A DNA stretch of 64,000 nt, from contig OX597823.1 in the NCBI GenBank assembly GCA_951406725.2, positions 57,040,001 to 57,104,000 on the forward strand. The letters are read 5' to 3'. The position numbers were made by a program, and so were the translations under genes. This document shows, piece after piece, positions 14,209 through 28,456 of this stretch; position 1 is the first letter of the stretch; each line of letters begins with the position of its first letter. Source of the DNA: Octopus vulgaris (taxonomy: Eukaryota). The notes under the pieces are model-generated. The model was not told the DNA's origin. It saw only the letters and a list, made by a program, of their open reading frames with translations, and ran no database searches.

Positions 14209-14460
14209 GGTGTGCGTATGTAATCATGTGTGTGTGTGTGTGCCTGGACATTAATTCTATATGCATTTACCTATATTGACACGCACACACACACACAAAT
14301 TTATCTTTATATTTAAATGATTTAATTAAAGATATGAAGATACGTGTACCTCTCCGTGTGTTTATATGTATATTTGTGTGTATGTGTGTGTGTCTATGTG
14401 TGTGTATGTGCGTTTGTATGTTTAAAACCGTATTCAGAGATATGTATATACGTATATAGG

Positions 14461-14523
<63 letters not shown>

Positions 14524-14713
14524 TATATGCATATGTGTGCGTATATATACACTCATTTATATAAGTACGTATATGTCTTTATACCTATTTGTACAGAGAC
14601 ATACAGAGATATATATACTTATATATGTATATATATATACATATATTTGTATACATACACACACACATATATACAAGATTATATATATATATATACACGC
14701 TCCCGTACATATA

Positions 14714-14785
<72 letters not shown>

Positions 14786-15929
14786 ATATGTATATCTATC
14801 TATCTATACATATGCATGTATATATATATATGTATATAAATAAATATATATATATATATATAAATATATATATATATATGTATATAAATATATATATATG
14901 TATATATATATATATGTATATATATGTGTATATATATGTTTATATGTATATATATATACATATATATGCATACATACAAACATACATACATACATACATA
15001 CATACATACATACATACATACATACATACATACATGTATACGTTATTAATATAGATTTTTAATGTCATGGGAACAGACATATGCTGATGACGTTTTATTA
15101 TATTAATGATTGGAGACACGAACCAGACAAGACATAAGCACAGAATGTTGGGTGGGCTTGGCGTGAAAAAAATAATAGTCGACATATAAACTGTGGAATT
15201 AGTGTCTGAAATTAAAACCACCACCATTCCAACAACAAGAATAACAAGAACAACAATACGGAAAACATACTAAACTGAAAATGACGATACGTGTACAGAA
15301 ATTCTGTTTTTCTTTTTCTTCCTTTTTTTTTAATTAAGTTTTGTTGGAGTTTATAGAATTGCCACGTGGTAATGTGTTGTGAATTCAACAACATTGCCAA
15401 TATATTCTTATATATTTCTATTACCAGCAACTATAGCTTTATGTGTATAGGTATGTTTTGTGAATGTTTGTATGTAGAGGTGTCTCTGTCTTTACGTATG
15501 CCTCGGTCTTTTTTATTTCCCCCAATTATCTGCATTCTCACCAGAAAGTAGCCAGTTCCTATGAAAGAGACAAAGTTCCATACTTAGATTTTGGACGACA
15601 GCATAAGAAAGCGCTACATGTTTAACTTCGGCGAAAAAGTCTCGGATATCTTTACTCTTCCGCTTGCAAAATATAATTCTAAATGCATACTTGCAAACCA
15701 CATTACTTTGCTTCAGGATCCCAGCTTTTAAAATTTCTCACTCAAAGTTTTATTAGCATAGCGCAGCACTAAATACTGATACCAAATGTGAATTTATAGT
15801 CAAGGTAGGGAATCTGCTGATTTCAAAGTAGCTTTTTGCTTTGGCTTTTGTTGGTGTCAGTCAGGAGCTGGAGTCATGCTGGGGTGCCGCCTTTAGTGTG
15901 ATTGGTTTTATTTCCCACTCACTTCCCGG

Positions 15930-16260
15930 TTTTCTCTCCGAAAGTTGCGAGTGGGACAGAGATATTCTTCTTTGTGATTACTTCCGCGATGGGAGTTCAC
16001 TTGATACCTCAGACAAAAATTTGTTCAAATTTTCTTTGAAAACATCCAGATCTACATCTCGCAGGTCCCTCAGGTTGTTTGGTAGGGTGTCGAAAAGTTG
16101 TGGGCCTTTGAAACCTAAGTTACAATGCTTACTCTAATTGGAGACGATGGAATCCGTGGTACTATGCGGTGGCGTATAGTTCGGTGGTTGGTATGATTTT
16201 GAAGCCCAAATATGGGAGCTCCATCTTGATACTGGAAGGAATAATCATATTCACAGGTTA
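15930..16260 (-). mobile_element. CR1-like LINE 3' remnant
   Basis: Minus-strand peptides FKGPQLFDTLP and LDVFKENLNKFLSEV parallel the C-terminus of the LINE at 59329-59931 (GPALFNITP, FKKSLDRFLQEI). Confidence 0.5.
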
Positions 16261-16476
16261 GCTGACATTTTCGATTGTACATACGTATGTGTTTATTTAT
16301 TTATTCATTCATTTATTTTCATTTGTAGAATGTAAGATTGTCTCTAACAAAGTAGCTTGGCTCCTTTGTTTAAGTTATGTTAGCTCTTTGGAATTCCAGT
16401 TATCTGAAACTATTCGTGTGTGCATACATATGTGTTCATGTGTATGTTCCATTTATGCAGGCGTATACATATATAT

Positions 16477-16723
16477 AGGGATGGTGCATAGTTATTGCGG
16501 CTTTTTTCAAGAAATTTTATTCCACAAAAACAATAACATATAACAAAAACATCTTTAAATGATTATTCCGAAGCATATTCACCATCTACTTCAATTATTG
16601 CTTCCCATTTGCTTGGCAGACGATCAAACCGTCATTTAAAGATATTTTTGTTAAATATTGTTATTGTTTTTGTTGAATAAAATTTGTTGAATAAAAACCG
16701 CAATAATTATGCACCAATCCAAT
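16477..16723. mobile_element. Mariner-derived fold-back MITE (~85-bp inverted arms)
   Basis: Termini GGATGGTGCATAGTTATTGCGG / CCGCAATAATTATGCACCAATCC resemble Hsmar1/MADE-type TIRs. The spacer encodes (minus) DRLPSKWEAIIEVDGEYASE*, a mariner C-terminus. Confidence 0.8.
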
Positions 16724-16739
16724 GTGTGTGTGTGTGCAT

Positions 16740-17273
16740 ATGTTTCATTTAGGAACTTCAAATACACAATTCCTGGAACGTTTTGCAACTTTTTATTGTA
16801 CCTCTAATCAATTTTGTTTCGAAAATGCGAATCAGTTTCTTCTGTTTGTTTTCGGAGAACATCAGCATTTGTAGGTCTTTGTGCAGATCTGCTGTTCCGT
16901 AGTTCAGTATGCTTATGATGCTAGGTGCAAATAAAAATCTATAGCCTTGATGTAGAAGCTATAGGTTTCTCATTAATTCGTCATAGATTTCCTCATTTTC
17001 TCTAATTACGGGATACATATCCATGCATAACTACTGTTGGTATTCTGTGTATTATTGTTCTTTACTCTCTTTTACTTGTTTTAGTAATTTCACTGTGGCC
17101 ATGCTGGAGCACTGCCTTTAGTCGAACAAGTCGACCCTAAGACTTATTCTTTGTAAGCCTAGTACTTATTCTATCGGCCTCTTTTGCCGAACCGCTAAGT
17201 TACGGGAACGTAAACACACCAGCATCGGTTATCAAGCGATGTTGGGGGGAGAAACACAGACACACAATCATAT

Positions 17274-17341
<68 letters not shown>

Positions 17342-18470
17342 GACGGGCTTCTTTCAGCTTCCGTCTACCAAATCCATTCATAAGGCTTTGGTCGGCCCGA
17401 GGCTATAGTAGAAGACACTTGCACAAGGCACCACGCAGTGGGACTGAATCCGGAACCATGTGGTTCGTAAGCAAGCTACTTACCACACGCCCACTCCTGC
17501 GCTTATATTGAAAGTTATTCATCATTCCGTTAACAATTTTGTTTAACAGGTCAGTCGAGCTACCCTCGGTTTACATGGTAGCTGCTCAGGGGTTCTTTGT
17601 CTGATCTCATTATGCTATAACGTTTGCTGTTGAGTATATATATATAATGCACTCGTTTCTCACTTTACTGTTCAGTGAAGGTTGTATAAGTGATGCAACA
17701 TTCAAAGTTTGCCCAGTCTGATCGTATGCCATTGCTGCCATCCCTCCGTTTAACACTGATCCTGTTAGTGTCGGTCTTGATGTGACAGTTAGAAATGGTT
17801 GTTAGTATCAGCCTAGTCCTAATGTCAATGATACGGAGTTTTGCTAGTGTCCAGTTTAGTATTCTAACAGTTGGTACAAGCGAAAGCTTTGTCGAAGAAT
17901 TGTTATACTGAATGCAGATTCCTCTGATTTTGATACCTTCTGAAATATGCTGGTATATATGCTTTTCTCACTCTAGTCTTACTCACAGCTTCAACATGAA
18001 ATAATCTAACTGATTCTGATGTTTTTGTACCATTCACCGACTGTAATGCAGGAGGTGGAAAGAATATTGCAATCCATGTTCCTTGCCTGGTCAACAATCT
18101 TTCTTCGTTTAACTACGAAATATGAACATTTGCTCTGGCCGAAGTTCCGTTTATGTCCCACGAGAAGGTAGTGAACAGTTCTAATTGTATATTGGCGTCG
18201 AGAATATTACTCGAATATAGGAGTTAAGATCATTAACTAAAAGGGGTGACATTAATTGCCTCTCTTCTGAAGATTCTGTCATTAATTGTTGCATTTCTTT
18301 AACAGGGCTGTCAAAAGATTCATTGCTCGGGCGAAATGCATTACGAGTAAGCTGTCGTCTCGAAATATTCTTGAGAGCATATTTTTATCAGCGATTACAG
18401 TTGTAGCTTCAGTTCTTATTACTTATTGATATCTCTGTGGACCATGTTGTTGTTCGGTAACTCCTAACAA
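16740..18470 (-). mobile_element. Highly decayed RLE-type (R4/Dong-like) non-LTR retrotransposon, interrupted by a family D SINE
   Basis: Minus-strand NFGQSKCSYFVV (cf. FGLDKC of R4/R2-type RTs) and a remnant C-terminal PSIISILNYG..KDL; weak overall. Confidence 0.45.
17058..17501 (-). mobile_element. SINE family D, best-preserved full-length copy
   Basis: Head GCAGGAGTGGGCGTGTGGTAAGTAGCTTGC..GGATTCAGTCCC, CORE-like segment, internal (TA)n(TG)n, tail ending ACAAGTAAAAGAGAGTAAAGA. Confidence 0.9.
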
Positions 18471-18521
18471 ATATGTTGTGTGTGCTACATTCTTTCATTT
18501 GTCACCAGTATATATGTGAGC

Positions 18522-18551
<30 letters not shown>

Positions 18552-18559
<8 letters not shown>

Positions 18560-18808
18560 ACCGACCAGACCATCAGATGTTGTTACATATCGCTAGTCAC
18601 AATGCGTTTTAGCGAGCAGGCCAACAGACGAAAGAGTGGGAGAAAGAGTGGTGAAAGAGTACAGCAGGGATCACAACCCCCTACCGGAGCGTCGTGAAGC
18701 TTTTAGGTGTTTTCGCTCAATAAACACTCACAACGCCCGGTCTGGGAATCGAAACCGCGATCCTGCGACCGCGAGTCCGCTGCCCTAACCACTAGGCCAT
18801 TGCACCTC
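18552..18808 (-). mobile_element. SINE family B head with alternative tail E
   Basis: Head identical in layout to 2232; tail ..GTCGGTCACGTGATA shared with 55458-55722. Confidence 0.85.
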
Positions 18809-18884
<76 letters not shown>

Positions 18885-18906
18885 TGTGTGTGTGCATGTG
18901 TGTGTG

Positions 18907-18959
<53 letters not shown>

Positions 18960-18961
<2 letters not shown>

Positions 18962-19130
18962 AGGGAGAATTCACAAAAAAAACACAAGACGAAGACAGGT
19001 GGTGTAGACAACGAACAGATGTATTAGTATAACGCTCGGCAAGTGAAAAAGTCTTTAACGTTTCGAGCCTACGCTCTTCCACAGAAAGAAACAAGGAGAG
19101 AAAACAAAGAATGTGTAGTGGATAACGATC
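18960..19130 (-). mobile_element. F1-related pLTR-like element with hammerhead motif (19052-19089)
   Basis: tcttt-CTGTGGA-agagc gtag gctc-GAAA-c-GTT-aaaga. Stems I and II intact, core altered; 3' end abuts (TA)n. Confidence 0.65.
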
Positions 19131-19349
19131 TAGAGAGAAGTTGGTAAAACAACATACATAAACTGAGTCAAATTGTCGCGAATCTCACTTATTATCATTT
19201 GGGGATGTGAATATATTACAAAATAGTGCTCTACAATTCCAAATTTTCACAAAAATACGTCCAAGGTACTACATATGAAGAGCATATATTTCTGCTTCTT
19301 TCATATCTGGTATTTCTAATATTAAATCCAAGATTGCTATAGAATGCAA

Positions 19350-19695
19350 ATCCGCTATATTCAGTTCAATTTTTGTGTTTGCCCTCACCTGTGGTTATGG
19401 TTGTTGGGCAATGAGTGTAAGTGTACGGTTGCATATGCAAGCCGCTAAAATGGAGATTCTCTGAAGGATCTCTGGACTGATGTTACTTATTTGGATGCGT
19501 AGTTGGGAGACTAGGGTGTCTCTCCAGGTCGAACGGCTATTTCTCTACATTGAGAAGTCATAGCTCGGGTACTGCGGGCATATAATTAGAATTCCACAAG
19601 AAAGAATCGCAAGAGAGACTCTTCAAACCAAGCCAACCGGTAGGAGATCTACAAGTAGACCAATAGCGAGATGACTGGATAATATCCATTGACCC
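19350..19695 (+). mobile_element. RTE-clade LINE 3' remnant
   Basis: LTCGYGCWAM..MQAAKMEIL*RISG and IEKS*LGYCGHIIRIPQER, matching RTE C-terminal motifs (LTYG.E.W, QAAEM.FLRRI, LRW.GH..RM). Confidence 0.7.
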
Positions 19696-19707
19696 AGATA
19701 GTGGAGG

Positions 19708-19950
19708 CGAATAAATTAGTGGTTAGCGTGTTGGACTCATGATCGTAAGATTGTGGTTTCGATTCCTGGACTGGACGACGCGTTGTGTTCTTGATCATAC
19801 CACTTCCTTTCATGTTGCTCCAGTCCGCTCAGCTGGCAAACAATGAGTAATCCTGCGACAGATCGGCGTCCCATTCGAGTGGGGGAGTATATATGCCGTG
19901 TAAACCGGGAAACCGGCCCTTATCTGTCGGTATGACTTGAGGAGAAAAAC
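19708..19950 (+). mobile_element. SINE family C (tRNA head + CORE-like TGTGTTCTTGAGCAAGACACTT) with tail G
   Basis: TAGTGGTTAGCG..GGTTTCGATTCC head; tail cctgcgacagatcggcgtccca..aaaccgggaaaccggccc. Confidence 0.75.
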
Positions 19951-20413
19951 TTAATACTATATTGACTCAGTTCGACAGGCCTGAAAGTCTAATGGTGGTT
20001 GCCTCTGATAGGACCCTAAAGAAAAGATGCCTGAAGACTCTACCCTCATTCAAGAATAGTGTGCAAAGACGATGGACGGATGGATAGCCGAAATTTATAG
20101 AGCAGCATAGAGTCAGATATGCACACACAAAAAGCTGATATGCGCAGATTATTTTTCGGTGTTTATCTTGATTACGTGGTTGTATGAATGAGTATGTTTC
20201 ATATATCTTTATTCTGGCTGGCGAATGTAGCATATGCAGATATACATGTCTGTCTAGGAGTTCTGTCTAGAGAAAGATATATATTTTTATACACATATTG
20301 ATTTTATTCATCATTCCATCGACAATTTGTTATATAGAACGTGTGTGAGTGTATGTGCGTATATTCTTATATATGAGTATGTGTATATGTCTCTGTATGT
20401 GTATGTATGCATA

Positions 20414-20457
<44 letters not shown>

Positions 20458-20611
20458 ACATCTATTTCTATACTTGTATGTATCTATATCGATATATGTA
20501 TATGTTAGTGTATGCTGATATATGCTATGCATATACGCATATATATGAAGTATATATAAAGATATATAGATATAGATATTACTACACACACATATAGTAT
20601 ATATAGGTTTG

Positions 20612-20653
<42 letters not shown>

Positions 20654-21065
20654 CGTGTGTGCGTGTGTATGTGTGTGTGTATCTTGGTGTGTAGGTATGT
20701 GTCTATGTGACTCTATGTCGCCATGTGAACGTGTATTTATATATTTAAAGATATATAAATATATGCGTGTGTCTCACTATACAATCGAAGTATATTTAAG
20801 TAAAAAGTCTCTCTCAGGCATTCACGCAATGTTCGCCAGTGTAAAATTAAACACGAAAACTTCAACATATTTATTTCTGTGTAACATCTAACATCACTGC
20901 CATGCCCATATACACCTAACCATACCCATACATACGGTGTCGCATACATATACATACATACATACATACATACATACATACATACATACATACATACATA
21001 CATACATACATACACACATACATACATACATACATACATACATGCATACATACATGCATACATAT

Positions 21066-21126
<61 letters not shown>

Positions 21127-21308
21127 CGTACATATATATGCAGACAAACACACACAAACACACGCACGCATACATACATACACACATACATACATACATA
21201 TACAAGTTTACATATAGTGGTACTCACACATCCAGACAGTCCAAAACAACCTCACAAGCATACATCCTTCTCTCCCTCTCTCTCTCACTCTCTCTCTCTC
21301 TCTCTCTC

Positions 21309-21350
<42 letters not shown>

Positions 21351-22575
21351 TACACACATACATACACATACACACACACGTGTGCACACGTACACACACA
21401 TACACACAGACGCGCACAAAAACACATACACACGCACAAACACACACACACACACATACACAAACATCACACATATAGAGTAAAGCAGAATATAGGCAAG
21501 ACTTACAACCATACGCACTTTCTTCACTTCGTTCTTGATGTTTTTTCTTTCATTTTTGCACATTTTTCTTAATTCTTTCCCTCTTAGTCTTTCCTCTCCA
21601 TTATTATTATTATTACCATTATTATTATTATTATTACTATTACTATTATTATTATGAAAGTTTTTTGGGGCTTATTTTTTTCTTTCCCCTTCGATCCGTG
21701 TTGGCCCTTTATCTCATATGATTACTTATAATTTGTCCTTACTCTTTAACGTGACTATCAGCAGGTTGTCAAACCCGTTGGTAAATAAAGCAGCCTTGAA
21801 CAATATCGCTATTTTCGTAGTAATTCGGATTTTTTTTTTTTCCTCTAAAACTTAACTTATTTTCTATTTATATTTCCATTTCTGTCTTTCTTTTGTTGTC
21901 TCTCTCATGATAGATGTTTATTTACAAGCCGCTTGTATCCTTCAGATGTTGTTGTTGTTGTTGTTTAGTTTCAGGCAAAATTTGAATGAGCAGACATATG
22001 ATCAAACAACACATTCCAGCTTATTACCAACCAGACTGCGAATTTTACGAGCGAGCGTATGCGTGTGTGTGAGTGTTTGTGCCCGTGTGTGTGCACGCTC
22101 TGTCTAAGGCTACATTTAATGTTACCTCCATTTTAAGATAACAGAACTTGGTTTTAAGGGAGAGTTCCAGCATGAGGAGTGACCCCTTACGGGCTCTCTC
22201 ATGTGTTCAGGCTGCCTCATATGCGTTCTATTGTCGTTCTATTGAGTTCAGACCTCTAACAAATAATCTTTCATAGTCCGTTCTCCTCCTTTCCTAAGTA
22301 TGTAGTGTGTGGTCTGAGAGAATTTGCTGCTATATCTAGCATTGCGCTCGCCCGCGTTGATGCGCGCTGATTTTATTGCGAGGAGGTGAAAGTGATGAAG
22401 ATTACAATGATGTATTACTCACATCGGATTTTCTACCATTAATTTTGAGGTTACGTGTAATCAAACAGATCTATGATCAATAGCCTCCCATCCATGACCA
22501 TTCCGTCTTTATTTCAAGTAGTTTTACAAGTAGTATTCTATTGTATTCTATTATATACATACATGCATACACACA

Positions 22576-22630
<55 letters not shown>

Positions 22631-22635
22631 CTATA

Positions 22636-22679
<44 letters not shown>

Positions 22680-22821
22680 CACGCACACACACACGCATAC
22701 ACACACATATATATATCCATTCTTAAAAACGCAAGGTATGGCTTCAAGGAGACTTAGCTCTTATTTTGAGAAGGATAAACTACCACGTAGAGGCTCCTTC
22801 ATAGGTAATATTAACACCTAA

Positions 22822-23380
22822 AGAGGCAAGCTGGCAGAAACGTTAGCACGCCGGGCGAAATGCTTAGCGGTATTTCGTCTGCCGTTACGTTCTGAGTTCA
22901 AATTCCGCCGAGGTCGACTTCGCCTTTCATCCTTTCGGGGTCGATAAATTAAGTACCTGTTACGCAATGGGGTCGATATAATCGACTTAATCCATTTGTC
23001 TTTCCTTGTTTATCCTCTCTGTGTTTATCCCCTTGTGGGTAATAAAGAAATAGGTATTTCGCCTGTCGTTATGTTCTGAGTTCAAATTCCGCCGAGGTCG
23101 ACTTCGCTTTCATCCTTTCGGGGTCGATAAATTAAGTACCTGTTACGCAATGGGGTCGATATAATTGACTTAATCCGTTTGTCTTTCCTTGTTTGTCCTC
23201 TCTGTGTTTATCCCCTTGTGGGTAATAACGAAATAGGTATTTCGCCTGCCGTTATGTTCTGAGTTCAAATTCCGCCGAATTCGACATTGCCTTTCATCCT
23301 TTCGAGTACCAGTTAAGTACCAGTTACGCACTGGGGTCGATGTAATCGACTTAATCCCTTTGTCTGTCCTTGTTTGCTTC
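22822..23380 (+). mobile_element. SINE family A head-to-tail trimer
   Basis: One head followed by three ~180-bp bodies joined at AAATA|GGTATTTCG. Confidence 0.9.
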
Positions 23381-25675
23381 CTCGTCGTCAGCAATAGAGT
23401 GCCAGTTTTTATAATGGCTTTGCTGCTTCGAAAGTTGACTGCATTCATACTTTGACTTCTCAGACACTTCCATCCTACTCGGCCCTCTTCCTCCCTTCAT
23501 CATCGTTGTGTATAACCCTGCCAGCTCTGTCCTAGCCATTACTCCCAGTCTTTCATTCCAAGAATATCAGCATTTTGATATTCCCTCTCTGCTCATATCT
23601 TTCTACAGGTGTTGACTTACAAATAATCGAAACATTAATGGTATCAATCTTCTAGGTCTTGGAGGGCATGCAAAGATGGCTGTAGGAGGAACATGAGCAG
23701 AGTAAGAATTGCAGAAGGCTGAGAGAAAGAATAGTAGGTGAAGGACCTGAGGGTGGGTTTTGCGCCACAAACGCGATAGCGAAAGGGGATACGGGTGATT
23801 CGAAAGAGCCTTCGTGGTAACCCAAACCATCTCAAAGGTTTAGAGTTGACTGCAGTGCTATAAGAAAACTCATAGCGAAGAAACAGCCTAATTGTTGGCA
23901 TGGATTAGAATATTTTGGAGAGAAACTTCATCCCAATTACTTTATTGGCGTGGGAAAGCTGCGAGGATGGGGCCCAAATAAGATTTAAAAAAAAATATTT
24001 TTATGCAATAAACAGGTTTTACTTCTACATTACACGAAAAATACTTCAACAGATTTTTCAAAATATAATTCCTAATAATATTTGATTATGAAAATATAAT
24101 AGAATTTTTTAAAATACCGAATGGTTGTGAGGGTCCATCCGAGTAAAATAAGAATCAAAGGGGTCCATAGGTAAAGAACAGTTGAAAACACTGGATTAGA
24201 TCATTCACTGCAGCAGTGTCTTCAATATAGATTATTACATTTCCGTGCATAACAAGTGAATCTTTATGACTAATCCCCTAAAGAAACTAATGTAAGTCAA
24301 AGAACTTTATTTTTATTTTTACATCCCTATCAATTCCACACGGTGAGATGTATTAAAAAAAGTCAATATTCGATAAAAGTGTGATTATGATTTATCTTTA
24401 CGACATCAAATAATTTAATATGCCGGAGAAATATTTGCTGCAAACGTTGTGGATCAAAATGAAATACGTTTATTTGTTCATCAATTACTCAAACTAATAA
24501 TTTCAAACTTTGGTACAAAACTACAAACTTTGTGTGCGGTGCGCTGCAGGGATTTCGCATTCGATTTAATTGACGCAAGTAACTCATTGGTACTCCGTTC
24601 TTTTCTTTTTTTTAAACTAGAATGGCGAACATGAAGACACGTAAAGGAATACACAAAAATACTTTGTTCGCCCTTGTCGCTACTGATTCTACCATCACTT
24701 TAAATAAATTACCAGTTTATTACAAGTACAAAAAGCGAAACAATTTGGAGAGGTGTATAGTCGTAAGGTCAGAGGTGCTGTCTAAGGATCGTAATCGGTG
24801 GGGGTTTCTTCTGGACAACTTTAAGAGAGTTGGAAGTCTCCAAGCTCACTAATAATGATTTTCTTGAACCGTGAAGGATAAAAGGAAAAAGTCGTCTTTG
24901 ATGAGATTTGAACTACTGATTTTTCCCTTTGTCACGTTCAAAGATTGTAGTTTAATAATAATTTTACTGATGCGATCTCAAATTTGTAGGGGAGAACTGT
25001 AGTCAATGAAAGTACTCACTCACTATATCAAGGGAACTATTTCTATCGACAATACATGGACGAAAAGCAAAGTCCAACATGAGTGAGATTGTACCTAGAT
25101 CATGAATAAAGTTGTTTACACGCTGCAAGGCATTCTATCGATTTTATTATATATGCACGTTGGAAAAACAGAAAAAAAATTTACAGTGATATTTAGATTC
25201 TGTTGCTTTTATGTTATTTTAAAGAAATAACACAGAATTATATTGTAGTTCAAAATAAAAATTATATTTATTAAAATGTAATAGTTGTTGATATTATTGT
25301 CGTTGAGTAAATCCCTGTTCTGTTACAACAGATGGGAAAAAATATCAAAACGACCAGCGACACTTCTTAAGGTCGGAGGTAGAATCTAACGGTAGTAATC
25401 AAAGGAAGATTCTTGTGGGTAACTTTCAGCCACTTGAATGACTCTAACCCCAATGACACAAATTTATAGCCATGAGAGAAGCAAATTTCGTGAAGTAGTT
25501 ACTCATCACCACATGTACAAATGTCGATAGGGTAATCTCCCTTTACGCAACACTCCCGGCCATATGATTTTTCCACACGAATAAGAATCAGCTGAGCTAA
25601 TTAATGCTCCTTAAAGATAGCTATATTCACTATGTATAGAAGAAATGAATACATGAAATGAGTACGATAAGCTAG

Positions 25676-25716
<41 letters not shown>

Positions 25717-25799
25717 ACTTTTTCATTATCCCCCTCACTCTATCTCTCTATTAGTCTCTCTTTCTCCATCTATGTATATATGTATGTACGTATGTTAAA

Positions 25800-26400
25800 A
25801 GATGTACTCCAAAGGTTTTGTGACTTTTTGACGAAAGACTTCGAAGAAGTACAAAACTCTAATCTTCAAAGTAGTATCCTTTGACTTTAATGCACTCATA
25901 ATAACTCTGTAGTCAATTCGTGAAGACCTCGTGGAAGTTTTGAAAACTGAAGGCATCCAGGATCCTTGTGACAATCTCTTCTTTCTTCTTCAGCTTGAGG
26001 AATAACCAAAAGTCACACAGTGTAATGTCTGCGCTGTAGTTGGGCTAAGGCACACACAGTTTTGGTACCTATCGCTGCCAAGCAGTTGGTTAACCTGACA
26101 GAATTGTAAACTGGTGCCAACAATCCGAGTGTAAGAGACCTGGGCTTTTGTGATGAAATATCTTCCTCAACTCCCTAAAAACCTTCGCAAAATAAACTTT
26201 GTTGACTGTCTGGCCAGAAGGAGCCTAGGGAATGTAGATGATGTCCTTGCTATCGAAAAGGTTTAACACAAAACTTCATAGCATAACAACCTTCTAGGCT
26301 CTTCCAAACTGTCTTCACGTCCAGACTGCATTCTGCAAACTAGTGAGCTATGACAAGCAGTATTTAGCAGGAGGCAAATTATTAAATGGATAGTAATGAT
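25800..26400 (-). mobile_element. Decayed mariner transposase remnant
   Basis: Minus strand DSKDIIY..SGQTVNKVYF and PNYSADITLCDFWLFLKLK (cf. PYSPDLAPCDF). Confidence 0.7.
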
Positions 26401-26412
26401 ATAATATAGACA

Positions 26413-26456
<44 letters not shown>

Positions 26457-26464
26457 TATACATA

Positions 26465-27605
26465 CATGTAGACAAAGGCTGGGAGTTTGGCAAGCAGAGT
26501 GTCCACAGTCGCTCGTGCTTCTCTCCCGAACGAGGGGGTACCACCTCGGTGTACTATAGAGAGCTGGTAAAGGGCAAGTGTGATGACGGCTTGGGGGAGA
26601 CTCTGGGTTTCGATGAATGTCAGCTTCATCGAAGGACTTTCGGCTCGGGATCTATGGACAATTTTCAGCGGTCCCTGGTTTCGCTGTGCTTCCGAAGTAC
26701 CTTGCCAGTTCGGGATAAACTCGTGAGGCACAGTGTCACGGGTTCGCCTATGTGCCCACGTTGCAAGCAGAGCAACGAAACTGTTCTGTGTGCAATAGTA
26801 CAGTGTCCGAGTCTCTCGTACCCGTGGGTTTCTACACAACGAGTATTGTCACAGCTGGTGAGAGTATCGCTAACAGCCGAGTCGGCTATTAAGATCGTTC
26901 CGTCGTCTTCTCTAAAAGGAGAAGAGATATTCTACTTTCTAGCCGTATTAGCTATAGCGAAATAGGTGATATGGAAGATGCACGGAAGTGGTATCGCATT
27001 AGGCAGCTTCGTCTCCGGACATGCTTTGGCTAACCTCTTTTTATATCACCTAAGAGGGAAAGCACGTCTGGAAAAGAAATACTCGACGTGAATAAAGTAC
27101 CAAAAAAAGGTTGAAAGTAGTCCGAATGTTGGTTATGTAAGTGCCTAATTAAGCGGGGGAAAAAAGACAAAGTAAATGGTTCAACGCAGGAATGTGGTTT
27201 GTGGGGGTCAAACACATTTCGCGTCCATTCATTCTTTTACTTTCATCCGAAATTATAACGTATTTGTTCACCAAATGTAATCTCATCCTATTTCTTTATT
27301 ACCCACAAGGGGCTAAACATAGAGGGGACAAACAAGGACAGACATAGGTATTAAGTCGATTACATCGACCCCAGTGCGTAACTGGTGCTTAATTTATCGA
27401 CCCCAAAAGGATGAAAGGCAAAGTCGACCTCGGCGGAATTTGAACTCACAACGTAACGGCAGACGAAATACCGCAAAGCATTACGCCCGGCGTGCTAACG
27501 ATTCTCCCAGCTCGCCGCCTTGTAATCTCATCCATTAAGTCACTGTCCCATATTTGTCTCATGCATTGTCCCCTTTTGTTTCACCTTTGTGGTTTGAATA
27601 AAATC
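26465..27605 (+). mobile_element. L1/Tx1-like LINE 3' fragment with zf-RVT/CCHC region
   Basis: LPVRDKL..CPRCKQSNETVLCAIVQCP (CCHC knuckle with H replaced); 3' UTR ends near AATAAA at ~27597; interrupted by a family A SINE. Confidence 0.75.
27289..27520 (-). mobile_element. SINE family A monomer with 13-bp TSD
   Basis: TGTAATCTCATCC at 27276-27288 and 27521-27533. Confidence 0.92.
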
Positions 27606-27829
27606 ATGGTGCTAGTTCCACAGTTCGTGTGTTGATAATTCAAAGCCGGAGTTCTAAGTTTACAGTTCGAGTAAGCGTGCTGGATTGTTGGTTCTTAAAA
27701 GATTGCTACTACGTTCCGTGTGGTTACTGACGTTTGTTTCGATTATATTGCTATTAGACTGTTGCAGTGTATTCGTTTTTCCCCCATAAGGATACACACA
27801 CACACATATGTATATACACACATATATAG

Positions 27830-28006
27830 TTAATCCAAACAAGAAAGCACAAAAACAACACAACAACGCGAGGACGTGGAACAAATATAGTATTATTGGA
27901 TGCTCAGGAAAGAAGGAAAGAAGGAGGGTTTGACGTTTCGAGCGGAGCTCTTCGTCGGAAACATAGGAGAAGGAAAGATCCAGAGAAGGGAAGACAGAGG
28001 AAAAAA
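27830..28006 (-). mobile_element. pLTR-like element F1 with minimal hammerhead (27928-27962)
   Basis: gttt-CCGACGA-a-gagc tcc gctc-GAAA-c-GTC-aaac; 3' end TTTGGATTAACTATATAT as in 43180-43399. Confidence 0.75.
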
Positions 28007-28039
28007 TATATACACATATATATATATACATATATTTAC

Positions 28040-28085
<46 letters not shown>

Positions 28086-28424
28086 ATAATATATACATAT
28101 ATACATATACATATGTATACACACACATATATGTATGTATTCATGTAATTATCTATCTCTTTGTGTATGTTTATATGCTTGTACATACATACATACATAC
28201 ATACATACAACAAATATATATGTGTGTGCGTATATAAGTGAATAAAAGTATCTACTTCCTTATCCGTTTGTTCCTTTGTATGTTAGTTTATTTTTTCTCG
28301 TGATAAAAGATGTAGCACTCCTCCCTTTCTTTTAGATTGTCAGCACATCATTTCTCTAGATAGAGACTGCATATATATATATATAAATATAAATATAAAT
28401 ATAAATATATATATATATACATAC

Positions 28425-28456
<32 letters not shown>

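Noticed and set aside
15084-15090. CTGATGA as a hammerhead core or snoRNA box
   Set aside because: No stem II/GAAA/stem I arrangement follows. Other CTGANGA hits inside PLE/mariner coding remnants (e.g. ~8930, 9410, 10608) were also discarded.
22822-23380. CRISPR-like regularly spaced repeats
   Set aside because: The whole ~180-bp unit is repeated with no unique spacers; the context is eukaryotic with no cas genes.
23940-24200. Possible hAT-type MITE (..GGGGTCCATAGG..GTTGAAAACACTG end)
   Set aside because: Only one plausible terminus, and no matching TIR or 8-bp TSD was found.
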